Source: an uncultured delta proteobacterium
GTDB taxonomy: Bacteria; Desulfobacterota; Binatia; UBA9968
Assembly: GCA_963737905.1 (NCBI GenBank)
Contig: CAVTUQ010000007.1
Span: 256,001 to 320,000, forward strand
DNA: 64,000 bases
Reading direction: 5' to 3'
A program made the position numbers and the translations under genes. Under the pieces are notes generated by a model. The model had not been told where the DNA came from. It made no database searches and saw nothing but the letters and a program-made list of their open reading frames with translations. Numbering within the stretch: the stretch's first letter is position 1; every line of letters begins with the position of its first letter. Shown in pieces: positions 31,330-40,438 of this stretch.

Positions 31330-31478
31330 AGACTCCGGATCATATTTTAAATGCCGGTTTCATTGCAAACATTATTTCAGGAACGCAAGCGCGCTTGACA
31401 CCGGCGAGGGCTATTTGTACAGCATCAAAGATCACATAGAAAATTCTCTTTGAGTTCTATGCGTTCTCTGCGGTCGCC

Positions 31479-32990
31479 CTATTCCCAAGGTTGTTCTTGG
31501 GCGGCATTTGTTCCCGCGATTTTCCCCGCGACAAAGCATTCGGTAATGTTGCCGGCTTCTAAATAGAGATGGCCGTAGATGGAGCTGATCTCACCGGCGA
31601 CGTAGAGGCGCGGAATAGGTTTCTTCATCGGATCCAAGACGCGCTGTTTAGCGTCATGCTCCGGCCCGCCCTGGGTGTTATTCACGATGGGCCAGGCTTC
31701 GACGATATAGAAGGGTGGGGTGGCAATAGGCATCATCGTCTTCGGCGGCCTTTTGAAATCGCTGTCCTGAGTTTCACCGCAGAGCGAATTCCAGCGGTCG
31801 ACAGTCGTTTTCAGAACCTTTGGGTTTACATCGATTTGCCCGGCGATTTCCTCGATTGAATTCCCTTTCTTGATCCATCCCTTGTCGACTTCCGCGAGAT
31901 TGTCTTCACTCCATTTGGCATCATAACGTTCGTCATTGACGATGGGTATGCCGATGGGCCCGAGCTTCCGGCCTTCTTCATCGAAGATCAGATAGCAGGG
32001 AATTCTCGGGTAGTCTTGAATATCAGCGTCGTAGAATTCAAGCCCGCGCGTTCCCGTATCTTGCGGGGCCGGCGGATACTCGTCCATGAAGCGCTTGCCG
32101 AATCGATCGACGGCGATCCAGATCATCTTGCGATTCTCGTTTCTTGGGCCGGCCCAAACGTGCCGGATCGCAAACGGGAGCTCGGGAAATTTAAATCCAT
32201 AGCCACCGTGGAAGTGCCACATATGCCACAGAGCTGCGCCGGCTTTCTGTGCCATTTTAACGCCGTCGCCGGTGTTGCCGAGATAAACCGGATATACCGG
32301 CTGGGCCTCGAAATATTGTAACTTCATGGCGTCGTCATTTTCATAGCCACCACAAGCCAAAATGACGCCTTTCTTGGCTTTGACCTTGAGTTCTATTCCG
32401 TCGCTTCCAGCCACGAGTCCCAGGACTTCACCGTCCGGTCCGGTGACAAGCTCTTTCGCCGGAGTTGACAGCATCACTTCGATCTTGCGCGCGTTGACAT
32501 TGTCATAGACGACCTTGAAAAGTCGGGCGCCACCTCGGAGGCCCTTGGCCCAGGGAAATTCTGAATAAGCGGGAAAGTCTTTTAGCTTTATCGAATCGAT
32601 GTCGTTGGTTCCGGGAAATGGATAGGTGCCGTGGCCGCGTGTCTCTGTCTGTGTCGGCTCAGTGCCGCTAACTTTCGCCAGTGTTTTAAGCCAATCGATC
32701 ATGCCGACCATTTCCTCCGCCATGGTGTGGAGAATGTCGTCCGGCGTTGTGCCGTTGCAAGTCCGCTTTAGATATTGAAAAGCGCCTTCGGCATTGCGGG
32801 CAAACGCAACCCCGCCGCCCGAGAGTATGGATATTCCACCCGGGTTCGGCATCTTTTCGATCAACAAGACCTTTGCGCCGGCGTCATGTGCGGTGATGGC
32901 AGAGATTCCGCCGGCCGCGCCGAAGCCGACAACGATTACATCGACTTCTTTGTCCCAAATTAGAGACCTACTCGTTGTGTTCACAAACAT
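31479..32990 (-). CDS. FAD-dependent oxidoreductase (FAD_binding_2; flavocytochrome c/KstD-like)
   Basis: 'DVIVVGFGAAG', 'SGG', 'GVILACGGYE', 'NTGDG', 'NTQGG', 'IPRLYVAGE'. Confidence 0.85.
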   Translation of the reverse strand: MFVNTTSRSLIWDKEVDVIVVGFGAAGGISAITAHDAGAKVLLIEKMPNPGGISILSGGGVAFARNAEGAFQYLKRTCNGTTPDDILHTMAEEMVGMIDWLKTLAKVSGTEPTQTETRGHGTYPFPGTNDIDSIKLKDFPAYSEFPWAKGLRGGARLFKVVYDNVNARKIEVMLSTPAKELVTGPDGEVLGLVAGSDGIELKVKAKKGVILACGGYENDDAMKLQYFEAQPVYPVYLGNTGDGVKMAQKAGAALWHMWHFHGGYGFKFPELPFAIRHVWAGPRNENRKMIWIAVDRFGKRFMDEYPPAPQDTGTRGLEFYDADIQDYPRIPCYLIFDEEGRKLGPIGIPIVNDERYDAKWSEDNLAEVDKGWIKKGNSIEEIAGQIDVNPKVLKTTVDRWNSLCGETQDSDFKRPPKTMMPIATPPFYIVEAWPIVNNTQGGPEHDAKQRVLDPMKKPIPRLYVAGEISSIYGHLYLEAGNITECFVAGKIAGTNAAQEQPWE

Positions 32991-33012
32991 CGCTCCTTAC
33001 TGATCGGTCAAA

Positions 33013-33138
33013 TGTTCAAGTCGTTCAAAACGTTCAATCCGATCAATCCCCCTCTTACATCTCCCCCGCGACGTCGGGGGAGAGATAGTGGGGGTTTGAA
33101 CGAAGCGCAGCGGTTGAACGACTTGAACTTTTTGAACC
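33013..33138. repeat. Palindromic intergenic element flanked by inverted GTTCAA/TTGAAC 9-mer arrays
   Basis: gttcaagtcgttcaaaacgttcaa ... CCCCCTC..TCTCCCCCG cgacgt CGGGGGAGA..GGGGG ... ttgaac repeats. Confidence 0.65.
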
Positions 33139-33148
33139 ATGGAAATTG

Positions 33149-34258
33149 TTACAACCGCTCTTCCAACCAATCCAACATGTAGGGAACATTATGCGCCCAA
33201 TAGTCGTGGCTGCAGTGGATTCTTCCACCGGCGTCATGTTCATCGTAGATCTTTAACGTTTTGTCCTTGGCGCCGATCTCGGCGAACAGCCGCTTGGCGC
33301 CCTCGACCGACATCAACGTATCGGCTGCGCCGTGGGTGATCAGGGTAGGGCAAGTGATATTCTTTGCGATACCTGCCATCGTAAAGTCACGCAAGAGCCG
33401 GCGCGCTTCGTCATGACTGACACCGCCAAGCAGCCGTTGCACGGTCGGCTGCAGGTGATGGCAGAAATCATAGAGATCCTCAAGGATGCTGTAGCATCCG
33501 CTCCAGCCAATGAGGGCTTTGACTCGCTTGTCGAACGCGGCTACTCGCGGCGCGTAGTAGGCCGCCATGCTGATACCGACAAGGGCGATGCGATTGGGTT
33601 CTACTTCTGGTCGCGAGACGAGATAATCGACGCATGCCTTTCCAGGGACTTCGTAATCCGGCCGCGTTTTGATTCCTTTGAGATAGATGGAAGAGCCGCG
33701 GCCCGGTGTATCAACGAGCAAGACAGCCCAGCCGCGTTCTAACATTGGCTTAGCTCCAAAGTAGATCTCCTCAGCATAGGCATCCGCGCCACCGAGAAAA
33801 AGCACCGCGGGCCACTTGCCCGGTTTTGGATTGACGGGATAACAGAAATATCCGTCGTAGTCTTCGTCGCCGCAGCGAACCGAGATCACCTCGATTTTGG
33901 GCTCGTGAAGTTTGGCGCCGGCACGGAAGCATTCCTGGGCTTTACGGAAGCGTTCCGCTTTTCTGTCGTTTTGTTCATACGTCAAAAACACATCGGACAT
34001 TCGGTAGTATTGGTTGGCCTGAAAGAAGTAGGGGATCGCCGTATGGCGCCGGCCGGCCGCTTCAGCCGACTTCGCCTTGGCTTCAATCGTTTGTGCCAGT
34101 TCGAGCCATTCCCGTTCCCAACCCGCTTTGTCGCCCGGTTCGATTCTGGAGCAGGTGCGGGCGATATCGAATACGTCGCCGCCGCCTTGCTGTGCCTGGG
34201 CCACAAGGCGAAGGGTTTGACCTCCGAAGGGATGGGTTGGCGTGAAGAAATCAAACAT
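33149..34258 (-). CDS. Alpha/beta hydrolase (2,6-dihydroxypseudooxynicotine hydrolase-like)
   Basis: 'GGADAYAEE', 'DTPGRG', nucleophile elbow 'GISMAAYYAPR', 'HGAAD', C-terminal 'HC'. Confidence 0.82.
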   Translation of the reverse strand: MFDFFTPTHPFGGQTLRLVAQAQQGGGDVFDIARTCSRIEPGDKAGWEREWLELAQTIEAKAKSAEAAGRRHTAIPYFFQANQYYRMSDVFLTYEQNDRKAERFRKAQECFRAGAKLHEPKIEVISVRCGDEDYDGYFCYPVNPKPGKWPAVLFLGGADAYAEEIYFGAKPMLERGWAVLLVDTPGRGSSIYLKGIKTRPDYEVPGKACVDYLVSRPEVEPNRIALVGISMAAYYAPRVAAFDKRVKALIGWSGCYSILEDLYDFCHHLQPTVQRLLGGVSHDEARRLLRDFTMAGIAKNITCPTLITHGAADTLMSVEGAKRLFAEIGAKDKTLKIYDEHDAGGRIHCSHDYWAHNVPYMLDWLEERL

Positions 34259-34622
34259 TTGCGTCTTCCTCGTTTTTCGTCAGAGCTATAAAAATGACTT
34301 CGAAAAGACCACTCACTTCAGAGAAAGTTTCTGTTTTTAAAGCCAATGCACAAAGACGGCGGCAGCTTACCGCAAAAACGCTTTCGTTGGTAGCGTTCAA
34401 CTGAAGCGAGAGACACAGTTTGAAACTGTTTGAAGCTAGATTATCTTGACAGTCTTCTTTCCCCTTGGTATTGATTTTTTATCGACATAACGGTCAAGAG
34501 CCTCCTCAACTTTGATGGGCTTCTGAATTTGAGGTTGAACAGATGATGCAAGCCGGTTGCTTTTGCGTTTTTCGCAAGGGTGGACTGGTTTTTTTGTTTA
34601 ATCAATCGCAACGGGAGGCACA

Positions 34623-34941
34623 ATGGCCACCTACGTTGTTCTCGTCAATTTCACCGACCAAGGCATCCGTCACATCAAGCAAACCACGGAGAGAGCAAAG
34701 CAGCTTGTCAACGCTGCGTGCAAATTTGGGAATAACGATCAAAGACATCTATTGGACGATGGGTGCGTATGATGCGGTTTTTACCGCGGACGGTCCGGAT
34801 GATGATACCATGACAGCCTTGGCCGTCAGCATGGGATCGATTGGAAATATTCGTACGCAAACGATGAGGGCCTTTTCAGCGGACGAAATGAAGCGCATAC
34901 TGGATAAGCTTCCAACAGTAGATTTCACTTCACGCGGGTAA
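34623..34941 (+). CDS. GYD domain-containing protein (frameshift near 34720-34730)
   Basis: GGAGG SD; MATYVVLVNFTDQGIRHIK... joins 'ITIKDIYWTMGAYD...GNIRTQTMRAF'. Confidence 0.82.
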
Positions 34942-34974
34942 TAGCGCGGCCTTTTTGCTAGAAAGGAAGTCACC

Positions 34975-36765
34975 ATGGCAAAAGTCGATCTCTCAATCGC
35001 AATAGGCGGTGCGGCGGGTCAGGGAATCGCCACGCCCGGCGATATCCTGGCGCGGATCTTCGTCCGTCGGGGGCTGCACTTGAACGCCTATAATGCGTAC
35101 CAGTCGATCATTCGCGGCGGCCACATTTTTCTCACGCTTCGCACCAGCGATGAACCGGTTCTCACGTTCGGTGACAAGCTCGACGTTTTGATGCCCCTCA
35201 ATCAGGACACGATGGATCGCCATCTTCGCTTAATGAAATCTGGTTCGCTTGTCCTTTACAACGGCGATAAGATCAAACCGGGCGAAGCTGAAGCCGGCGT
35301 CCAGCTTTGTCCCTTTTCGGTGAAGGAGTTGGCGCCGAACATCAGAGGAGATCTGGTTCAAAACACGATTGCTTTGGCGGCGGTGCTGCGCCTGATCGGC
35401 GTGGAGTTCAAGATCCTCGAAGACATCCTCACTCTACAGTTCAAAAGAAAAGGGGAGACCGTCGTTGCCGAAAACGTCGGAGTGGCCCGCGCCGGTTACG
35501 ACTACGCGGGTGCGCATTTCAAGCCGTTCGCATTCGCGCTGCCCGACACTGGAAAAAAACTGGCGTTCTTCGAAGGCAACCAGGCGCTGGCCATGGGAGG
35601 AGCGGCGGCGGGCGTGCGTTTTTACTGTGCCTATCCGATGAGCCCGGCATCCGGTGTGCTTCACTGGATGGCCCGACATGGGCGCCAGTTGGGCATCATG
35701 GTGCGTCAGATTGAAGACGAGATCGGAGTTATCAACGTAGCCATCGGCGCTGCCCATGCCGGATGCCGGGCGATGTGCGCCACTTCGGGGGGCGGCTTTG
35801 CGCTGATGAGTGAAGCGCTGGGATCGGCGGCCATGATGGAGATACCCGTCGTCTGTATCAACGTTCAGCGCGCCGGTCCAGCGACGGGCGTGCCGACCAA
35901 AACCGAGCAAGGTGATCTCTGGCAAGTCATGGGAGCGGGCCAGGGAGATTATCCGCGTATCATTGTGACACCGACGAATATCCCGGACTGCTTCAAAACA
36001 GTGCCCGAGCTGTTTAATCTGGTGGATAAATTTCAGTGTCCGGGCATCGTCATTTCAGATCTCTTGCTTTCCGAGGGTCGTTCCAGTGTGGACCCGGCCG
36101 AATTAGACTTCAATGTTCCCATCGATAGAGGTGAAGTCATCGGCCTCAACGGTAGCGTCCCGCCCGTCAATGGCGGCTACAATCGTTATCAACTTACGGA
36201 TACCGGCATCTCTCCTCGGGCGCTGCCAGGGACGGCGGGATACGCCCATGTGGTGGCGACCGATGAACATGACGAGGATGGCGTGCTGATCAGCGATGAA
36301 TTCACCAACCCGCACAAGCGCCAGGCCATGCATGAAAAACGCATGCGCAAGATGGACGCGATTCTGCCGCTCCTGGATCCGCCTAGGCTTTTCGGACCAG
36401 AGGACGCGCAGGTGACCTTGATGGGTTGGGGCTCGACGGAAGGGGTCATTCGCGAAGCCATGCAAAAGTTAGCAAACGAAGAAGGGGTTGCCGCCAATAA
36501 CCTCCAGATCAAATGGATGGTTCCTCTCCATTGTGAAGCGATCACGACGATAGTTTCCAAGTGTAAGAAGCTCATCATCGTAGAGAATAACTACAGCGGA
36601 CAGTTCGCGCGCTACCTGCGCTCCGAAACCGGCATCGTCGCCGACGGTGACATTCGTAAGTACGATGGCGAGCCCTTTATGCCGCATCATATTGTCGATG
36701 GCGTTAGGAAGATTTTGGCGGGCACAACTCAGAAATATGTTCCCGTCCATGAAATCATGGTCTGA
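34975..36765 (+). CDS. korA: 2-oxoacid:ferredoxin oxidoreductase alpha subunit (gamma-alpha fusion)
   Basis: 'GGAAGQG', 'IRGGH', 'YPMSPAS', 'EDEI', 'ATSGGGF', 'QRAGPATGVPTKTEQGD', 'VENN'. Confidence 0.92.
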   Translation: MAKVDLSIAIGGAAGQGIATPGDILARIFVRRGLHLNAYNAYQSIIRGGHIFLTLRTSDEPVLTFGDKLDVLMPLNQDTMDRHLRLMKSGSLVLYNGDKIKPGEAEAGVQLCPFSVKELAPNIRGDLVQNTIALAAVLRLIGVEFKILEDILTLQFKRKGETVVAENVGVARAGYDYAGAHFKPFAFALPDTGKKLAFFEGNQALAMGGAAAGVRFYCAYPMSPASGVLHWMARHGRQLGIMVRQIEDEIGVINVAIGAAHAGCRAMCATSGGGFALMSEALGSAAMMEIPVVCINVQRAGPATGVPTKTEQGDLWQVMGAGQGDYPRIIVTPTNIPDCFKTVPELFNLVDKFQCPGIVISDLLLSEGRSSVDPAELDFNVPIDRGEVIGLNGSVPPVNGGYNRYQLTDTGISPRALPGTAGYAHVVATDEHDEDGVLISDEFTNPHKRQAMHEKRMRKMDAILPLLDPPRLFGPEDAQVTLMGWGSTEGVIREAMQKLANEEGVAANNLQIKWMVPLHCEAITTIVSKCKKLIIVENNYSGQFARYLRSETGIVADGDIRKYDGEPFMPHHIVDGVRKILAGTTQKYVPVHEIMV

Positions 36766-36864
36766 TCTGGCCATTGAAACGGCCCATTTGCTTCGTTGGC
36801 GCGAAAGTCCCTAAACGATTTGAACGCCTTGAACGGCTTGAACGGTTCCTGGAAGGAGTAATCT

Positions 36865-37803
36865 ATGAGCGTAGATCCAGTCGATATAGAGGCGAGAATC
36901 TCGAAGACGGGCCACCAGCCGCCCGCGGGCCCGCGGGTAACCGTCAAGGATTTTAAAGGCAAGGTAGACCCGGACTGGTGCCCGGGCTGCGGCGACTTCG
37001 GTGTTCTTACAGCATTAAAGCAGGCGCTCGCCGAGTTGAATCTGCACCCTCATCAGGTGATGACCATCAGCGGCATCGGCTGTTCTTCCAACCTGCCCGG
37101 GTATCTTAGCACCTACGGTATGCACACCTTGCATGGACGCGCTTTGGCAGTGGCGACCGGCGCCCAGCTTGCCAATCACGATCTCAAGATCATCGTCACC
37201 GGGGGGGACGGCGACGGCTACGGCATCGGCGGCAACCACTTCGTTCACTCCATGCGACGCAATGTCGATCTTACCTATATTGTGATGAACAATCAGATTT
37301 ATGGGCTTACAACCGGACAGATCTCTCCGACCAGCACTAAAGGGATGAAAACCAAGAGCACTCCTACCGGCAGCGTGGAGAATCCTATTTTTCCCGTTTC
37401 CCTCGCGATTGCTGCGGGGGCGACCTATGTGGCGCGAGGATATACCGGACAGGTAAAACATCTCGTCGATCTCATCAAAGGCGGCATCCAACACAAGGGA
37501 TTTGCGCTCATCGATGCCTTCAGCCCATGCGTGACCTTCAATCTCGACAACACCCACGAGTTTTTCAAACACCGGACGAAAAAGTTAGAAGACATGGGGC
37601 ATGATCCGACCGACTTTGCTGCCGCTATACAAAAGAGTTACGAGTGGGGGGATGAGATTCCCATCGGCCTTTTTTGGAAGCGAGAAGATCTTCCCGCGCT
37701 GGATCAACTCGAGCCGATTCTTGACGAAGGCGGTCCGCTCGCCCGGCGCCCTCTCGGAGTTTCTCCGGAAGTGGCGCGATCCTTGGTCCGAGAGTTGATG
37801 TAG
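36865..37803 (+). CDS. korB: 2-oxoacid:ferredoxin oxidoreductase beta subunit
   Basis: 'WCPGCGD', 'SGIGCS', 'HGR', TPP motif 'GDGD...NN', 'SPCVTFN'. Confidence 0.93.
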   Translation: MSVDPVDIEARISKTGHQPPAGPRVTVKDFKGKVDPDWCPGCGDFGVLTALKQALAELNLHPHQVMTISGIGCSSNLPGYLSTYGMHTLHGRALAVATGAQLANHDLKIIVTGGDGDGYGIGGNHFVHSMRRNVDLTYIVMNNQIYGLTTGQISPTSTKGMKTKSTPTGSVENPIFPVSLAIAAGATYVARGYTGQVKHLVDLIKGGIQHKGFALIDAFSPCVTFNLDNTHEFFKHRTKKLEDMGHDPTDFAAAIQKSYEWGDEIPIGLFWKREDLPALDQLEPILDEGGPLARRPLGVSPEVARSLVRELM

Positions 37804-37998
37804 CGCAGGGTTCCTGCGGTTTCGCGTCCCGAGTCTCGGGTTTAGAGTTAAATCTGAACCCAAAACGGGATTCCCTCATCGTTTTGCGCCACCTGGCGCT
37901 TCGGTTGACAGAGAAAGCCTGAATAGCAATACTCCCGGCCAGCGCGAGTTCGCGTATCGCTACGCGAAATTATTGACCAACAAACGGAGCCCCAAAGA

Positions 37999-39111
37999 AT
38001 GAAATCTGGATTCAAGATCATGGACTCGGACATGCATCTGCGAGAGCCCGCCGATCTATGGGACAAATACATGGAACCGGAGTGGCGCGAGCGTGCGCCG
38101 AAAGTGCTCAGCTCCACGGCGCGCAGCTCGGCGATGGTGATGATCGACGGGAAAATTCTCCGAGGCTACCAACCGACCTATCGCGGCGGGATTTTCGATG
38201 CTACTCGAATTGATAAAGAGATCGCGGATTATCGGGCGCAAGGCTTCGACGCCAAGACACAGTTGCGGGCGATGGATCGCGAGGGTTTGGACGTGGCGGC
38301 GCTTTATCCGTCCATCGGCTTGGGGATTATGATGCGCGACGATATGGACCCGAAGCTCGCCGCGGCGATTTCGCGCGCCTATAACAACTGGCTCTACGAT
38401 TTCTGCCAGACCGACCCGAAACGTTTAAAAGGCGTCGGCATGATCCCGCTCCACGATCCCAATGAAGCTGTCAAAGAAGCGCAGCGCGCCGTCGGCAAAC
38501 TGGGCTTCGTCGGCGTCTTCGCTCGTCCCGAGCCGCTCCTGAACATGCCCTGGCATGCGCGCTATTTCGACTCGGTGTGGTCTTGTCTGGAAGAGTTGGG
38601 CGTTCCCATCGGCTTTCATTCCGCCACGGCAGCGGGCGAGGTGCCGCAGATTGGCGACCGCTTCGGCGACAATCTCTTGCTCCGCCATGTGGTCTCTCAT
38701 CCGCTGGAAAACATGCTTGCCATGGTGGATACCATTGGCGGCGGGGTCTGTGAGCGCCATCCGAAGCTCAAACTCGCCTTCTTGGAATGTTATTGCGGCT
38801 GGGTTTCGTTTTTACTGCACCGGATGGACAATGCTATGGAGAAAGGGCGTTTCCCGACAGCGGGCAAACTAAAACCAAGTCAGTATTTCAAACGCCAGTG
38901 CTGGATCTCCACGGAGCATGAAAAGGAGCTGCCGATGATCATCGATCTCATCGGTGATGACAAGATCGTTTTCTCCACCGACTATCCTCACGGCGACTCG
39001 GACTTCCCGCATGCCGTTGAAGAGTTTCTGGAGATGGATGGGGCGTCGGACGAGAGCCGAAAGAAGATTCTTTGGGATAACTGCGCGCGACTATACGGGC
39101 TAGCCGGATAA
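37999..39111 (+). CDS. Amidohydrolase family protein (amidohydro_2)
   Basis: 'MDSDMH', 'AYNNWL', 'GFH', 'HPKLKLAFLE', 'STDYPHGDS'. Confidence 0.9.
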   Translation: MKSGFKIMDSDMHLREPADLWDKYMEPEWRERAPKVLSSTARSSAMVMIDGKILRGYQPTYRGGIFDATRIDKEIADYRAQGFDAKTQLRAMDREGLDVAALYPSIGLGIMMRDDMDPKLAAAISRAYNNWLYDFCQTDPKRLKGVGMIPLHDPNEAVKEAQRAVGKLGFVGVFARPEPLLNMPWHARYFDSVWSCLEELGVPIGFHSATAAGEVPQIGDRFGDNLLLRHVVSHPLENMLAMVDTIGGGVCERHPKLKLAFLECYCGWVSFLLHRMDNAMEKGRFPTAGKLKPSQYFKRQCWISTEHEKELPMIIDLIGDDKIVFSTDYPHGDSDFPHAVEEFLEMDGASDESRKKILWDNCARLYGLAG

Positions 39112-39321
39112 TCGGGGAGTTGGAGTAATGGAGCGCTGAGTGTTGGGTCTTTTCCCCTTCGACGGGAGCGACCTCGCACTGGGAGAGGGAAGGAGCTTTT
39201 ACTAGTCAAGGCCGAAGCGTAGTTTTTCATGAATTGGTGATAAGGTGTCCCTGCCTTGGCAGTTCTTAGGCTTCAGAAAGAACCCGGTTCGTTGAGGTTA
39301 CGCTAGGCTAACGGAGATTGA

Positions 39322-39651
39322 GCCATTCCGACTAGTTGGATACAGGTAGTTTGCGATTGTTTTGCCAGTGATGCGGTTCTCTACTCCGGGCACGCTAGGC
39401 GCGAGATGCTTGCGGAGGAATTTGGTATAATCACCGACCGTGAGGTGGGTGAAGCGATGGCGTCGCCGGAGCTAATCGAGGAATATCCCGATGATAGCCC
39501 ATATCCCAGTTGTTTGGTTCTAGGTTTTACGAGAGCAGGCCGACCCCTGCACATCGTGGCTGCTCATGATCAGGCGGCGTATGAAATTGTAGTTGTAACC
39601 GTATATCACCCTGATCCGGACCAATGGGAAGACTACCGAAGGAGAAAATGA
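39322..39651 (+). CDS. DUF4258 domain protein (putative toxin); true start uncertain
   Basis: The frame is open from 39322 and includes 'YSGHARREM' upstream of ATG 39406; 'IEEYPDDSPYPSCLVLG', 'RPLHIV', 'VTVY.PD'. Confidence 0.75.
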   Translation, partial: AIPTSWIQVVCDCFASDAVLYSGHARREMLAEEFGIITDREVGEAMASPELIEEYPDDSPYPSCLVLGFTRAGRPLHIVAAHDQAAYEIVVVTVYHPDPDQWEDYRRRK

Positions 39652-39881
39652 TGAAATGTATCATTTGCAATGGCGAAGAAATTTCCCTAGCAGAGGTCTT
39701 TGAGGAAATCGGTGTCGGTTCGGATATTGTAAGGGTTCCGTTGACCCTGATGCTGTGTCGAAACTGCGGTGAGCGCTACTATACGCGGGCAAACATGCGC
39801 CATCTAGAATGCGTTCGCGAAGACATCGCTAACAAGCGAGCGCGTCTCAACGAAGTGGGGAAGATCCTGCAGTTCAAATGA
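39648..39881 (+). CDS. YgiT-type zinc finger protein (MqsA-like Zn domain, no HTH)
   Basis: 'MKCIICNG...CRNCGERYY'; start overlaps the DUF4258 stop (ATGA). Confidence 0.82.
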   Translation: MMKCIICNGEEISLAEVFEEIGVGSDIVRVPLTLMLCRNCGERYYTRANMRHLECVREDIANKRARLNEVGKILQFK

Positions 39882-40033
39882 ACCCCCTTACATTAACTGT
39901 AGTCATTGACTGGTCAGCCTGAACCCAAAAGCAATTTAGTTCGCCCTAACTTAAAAACATTCATGCAGATCTTCTGGCAGCCGAGTCTGGATCGGCCCGA
40001 TTGCCGATCTGGTTCTAAAGGGAACGGTGGAAT

Positions 40034-40258
40034 TTGTTCGATGAGGGTGGACTTATGTCTTACGGGGTGGACTACGATGATCTCTATCGTCGAGCGGCTG
40101 TTAATGTGGACAAGATCTTGAAAGGCGTCAAACCGGCTGATTTGCCGGTGCAGCAGGCAACGAAGTTTGAGTTTGTCATCAACCTGAAGGCGGCAAAACA
40201 GATCGGACTGACACTTTCGCCCGAGTTCATTGCGAGAGCGAATAAAGTGATTAAATAA
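40034..40258 (+). pseudogene. C-terminal fragment of an ABC substrate-binding protein
   Basis: 'GGLMSYG...VDKILKGVKPADLPVQQATKFEFVINLKAAKQIGL'; the rest of the gene is absent. Confidence 0.8.
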
Positions 40259-40259
40259 T

Positions 40260-40420
40260 AAAATCCGAAATCCGAATATCGAAATTCGAAACAAACTCAG
40301 ATAGAAATAAAGCTCAAATCGGGAAAATCCAAAACACGGAATCCAAAGGCAGTTTTTTGGAATTTGTATGTTTGGTCATTCGAAATTGTTTCGAATTTCG
40401 GGTTTCGTGCTTCGAATTTC
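40260..40420. repeat. Inverted arrays of heptamer-like repeats (AAATCCG/TCGAAAT ... TTCGAAT)
   Basis: aaatccgaaatccgaatatcgaaattcgaaacaaa ... ttcgaaattgtttcgaatttcgggtttcgtgcttcgaattt. Confidence 0.7.
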
Positions 40421-40438
40421 TAGTGTTGGAGGTGGACA

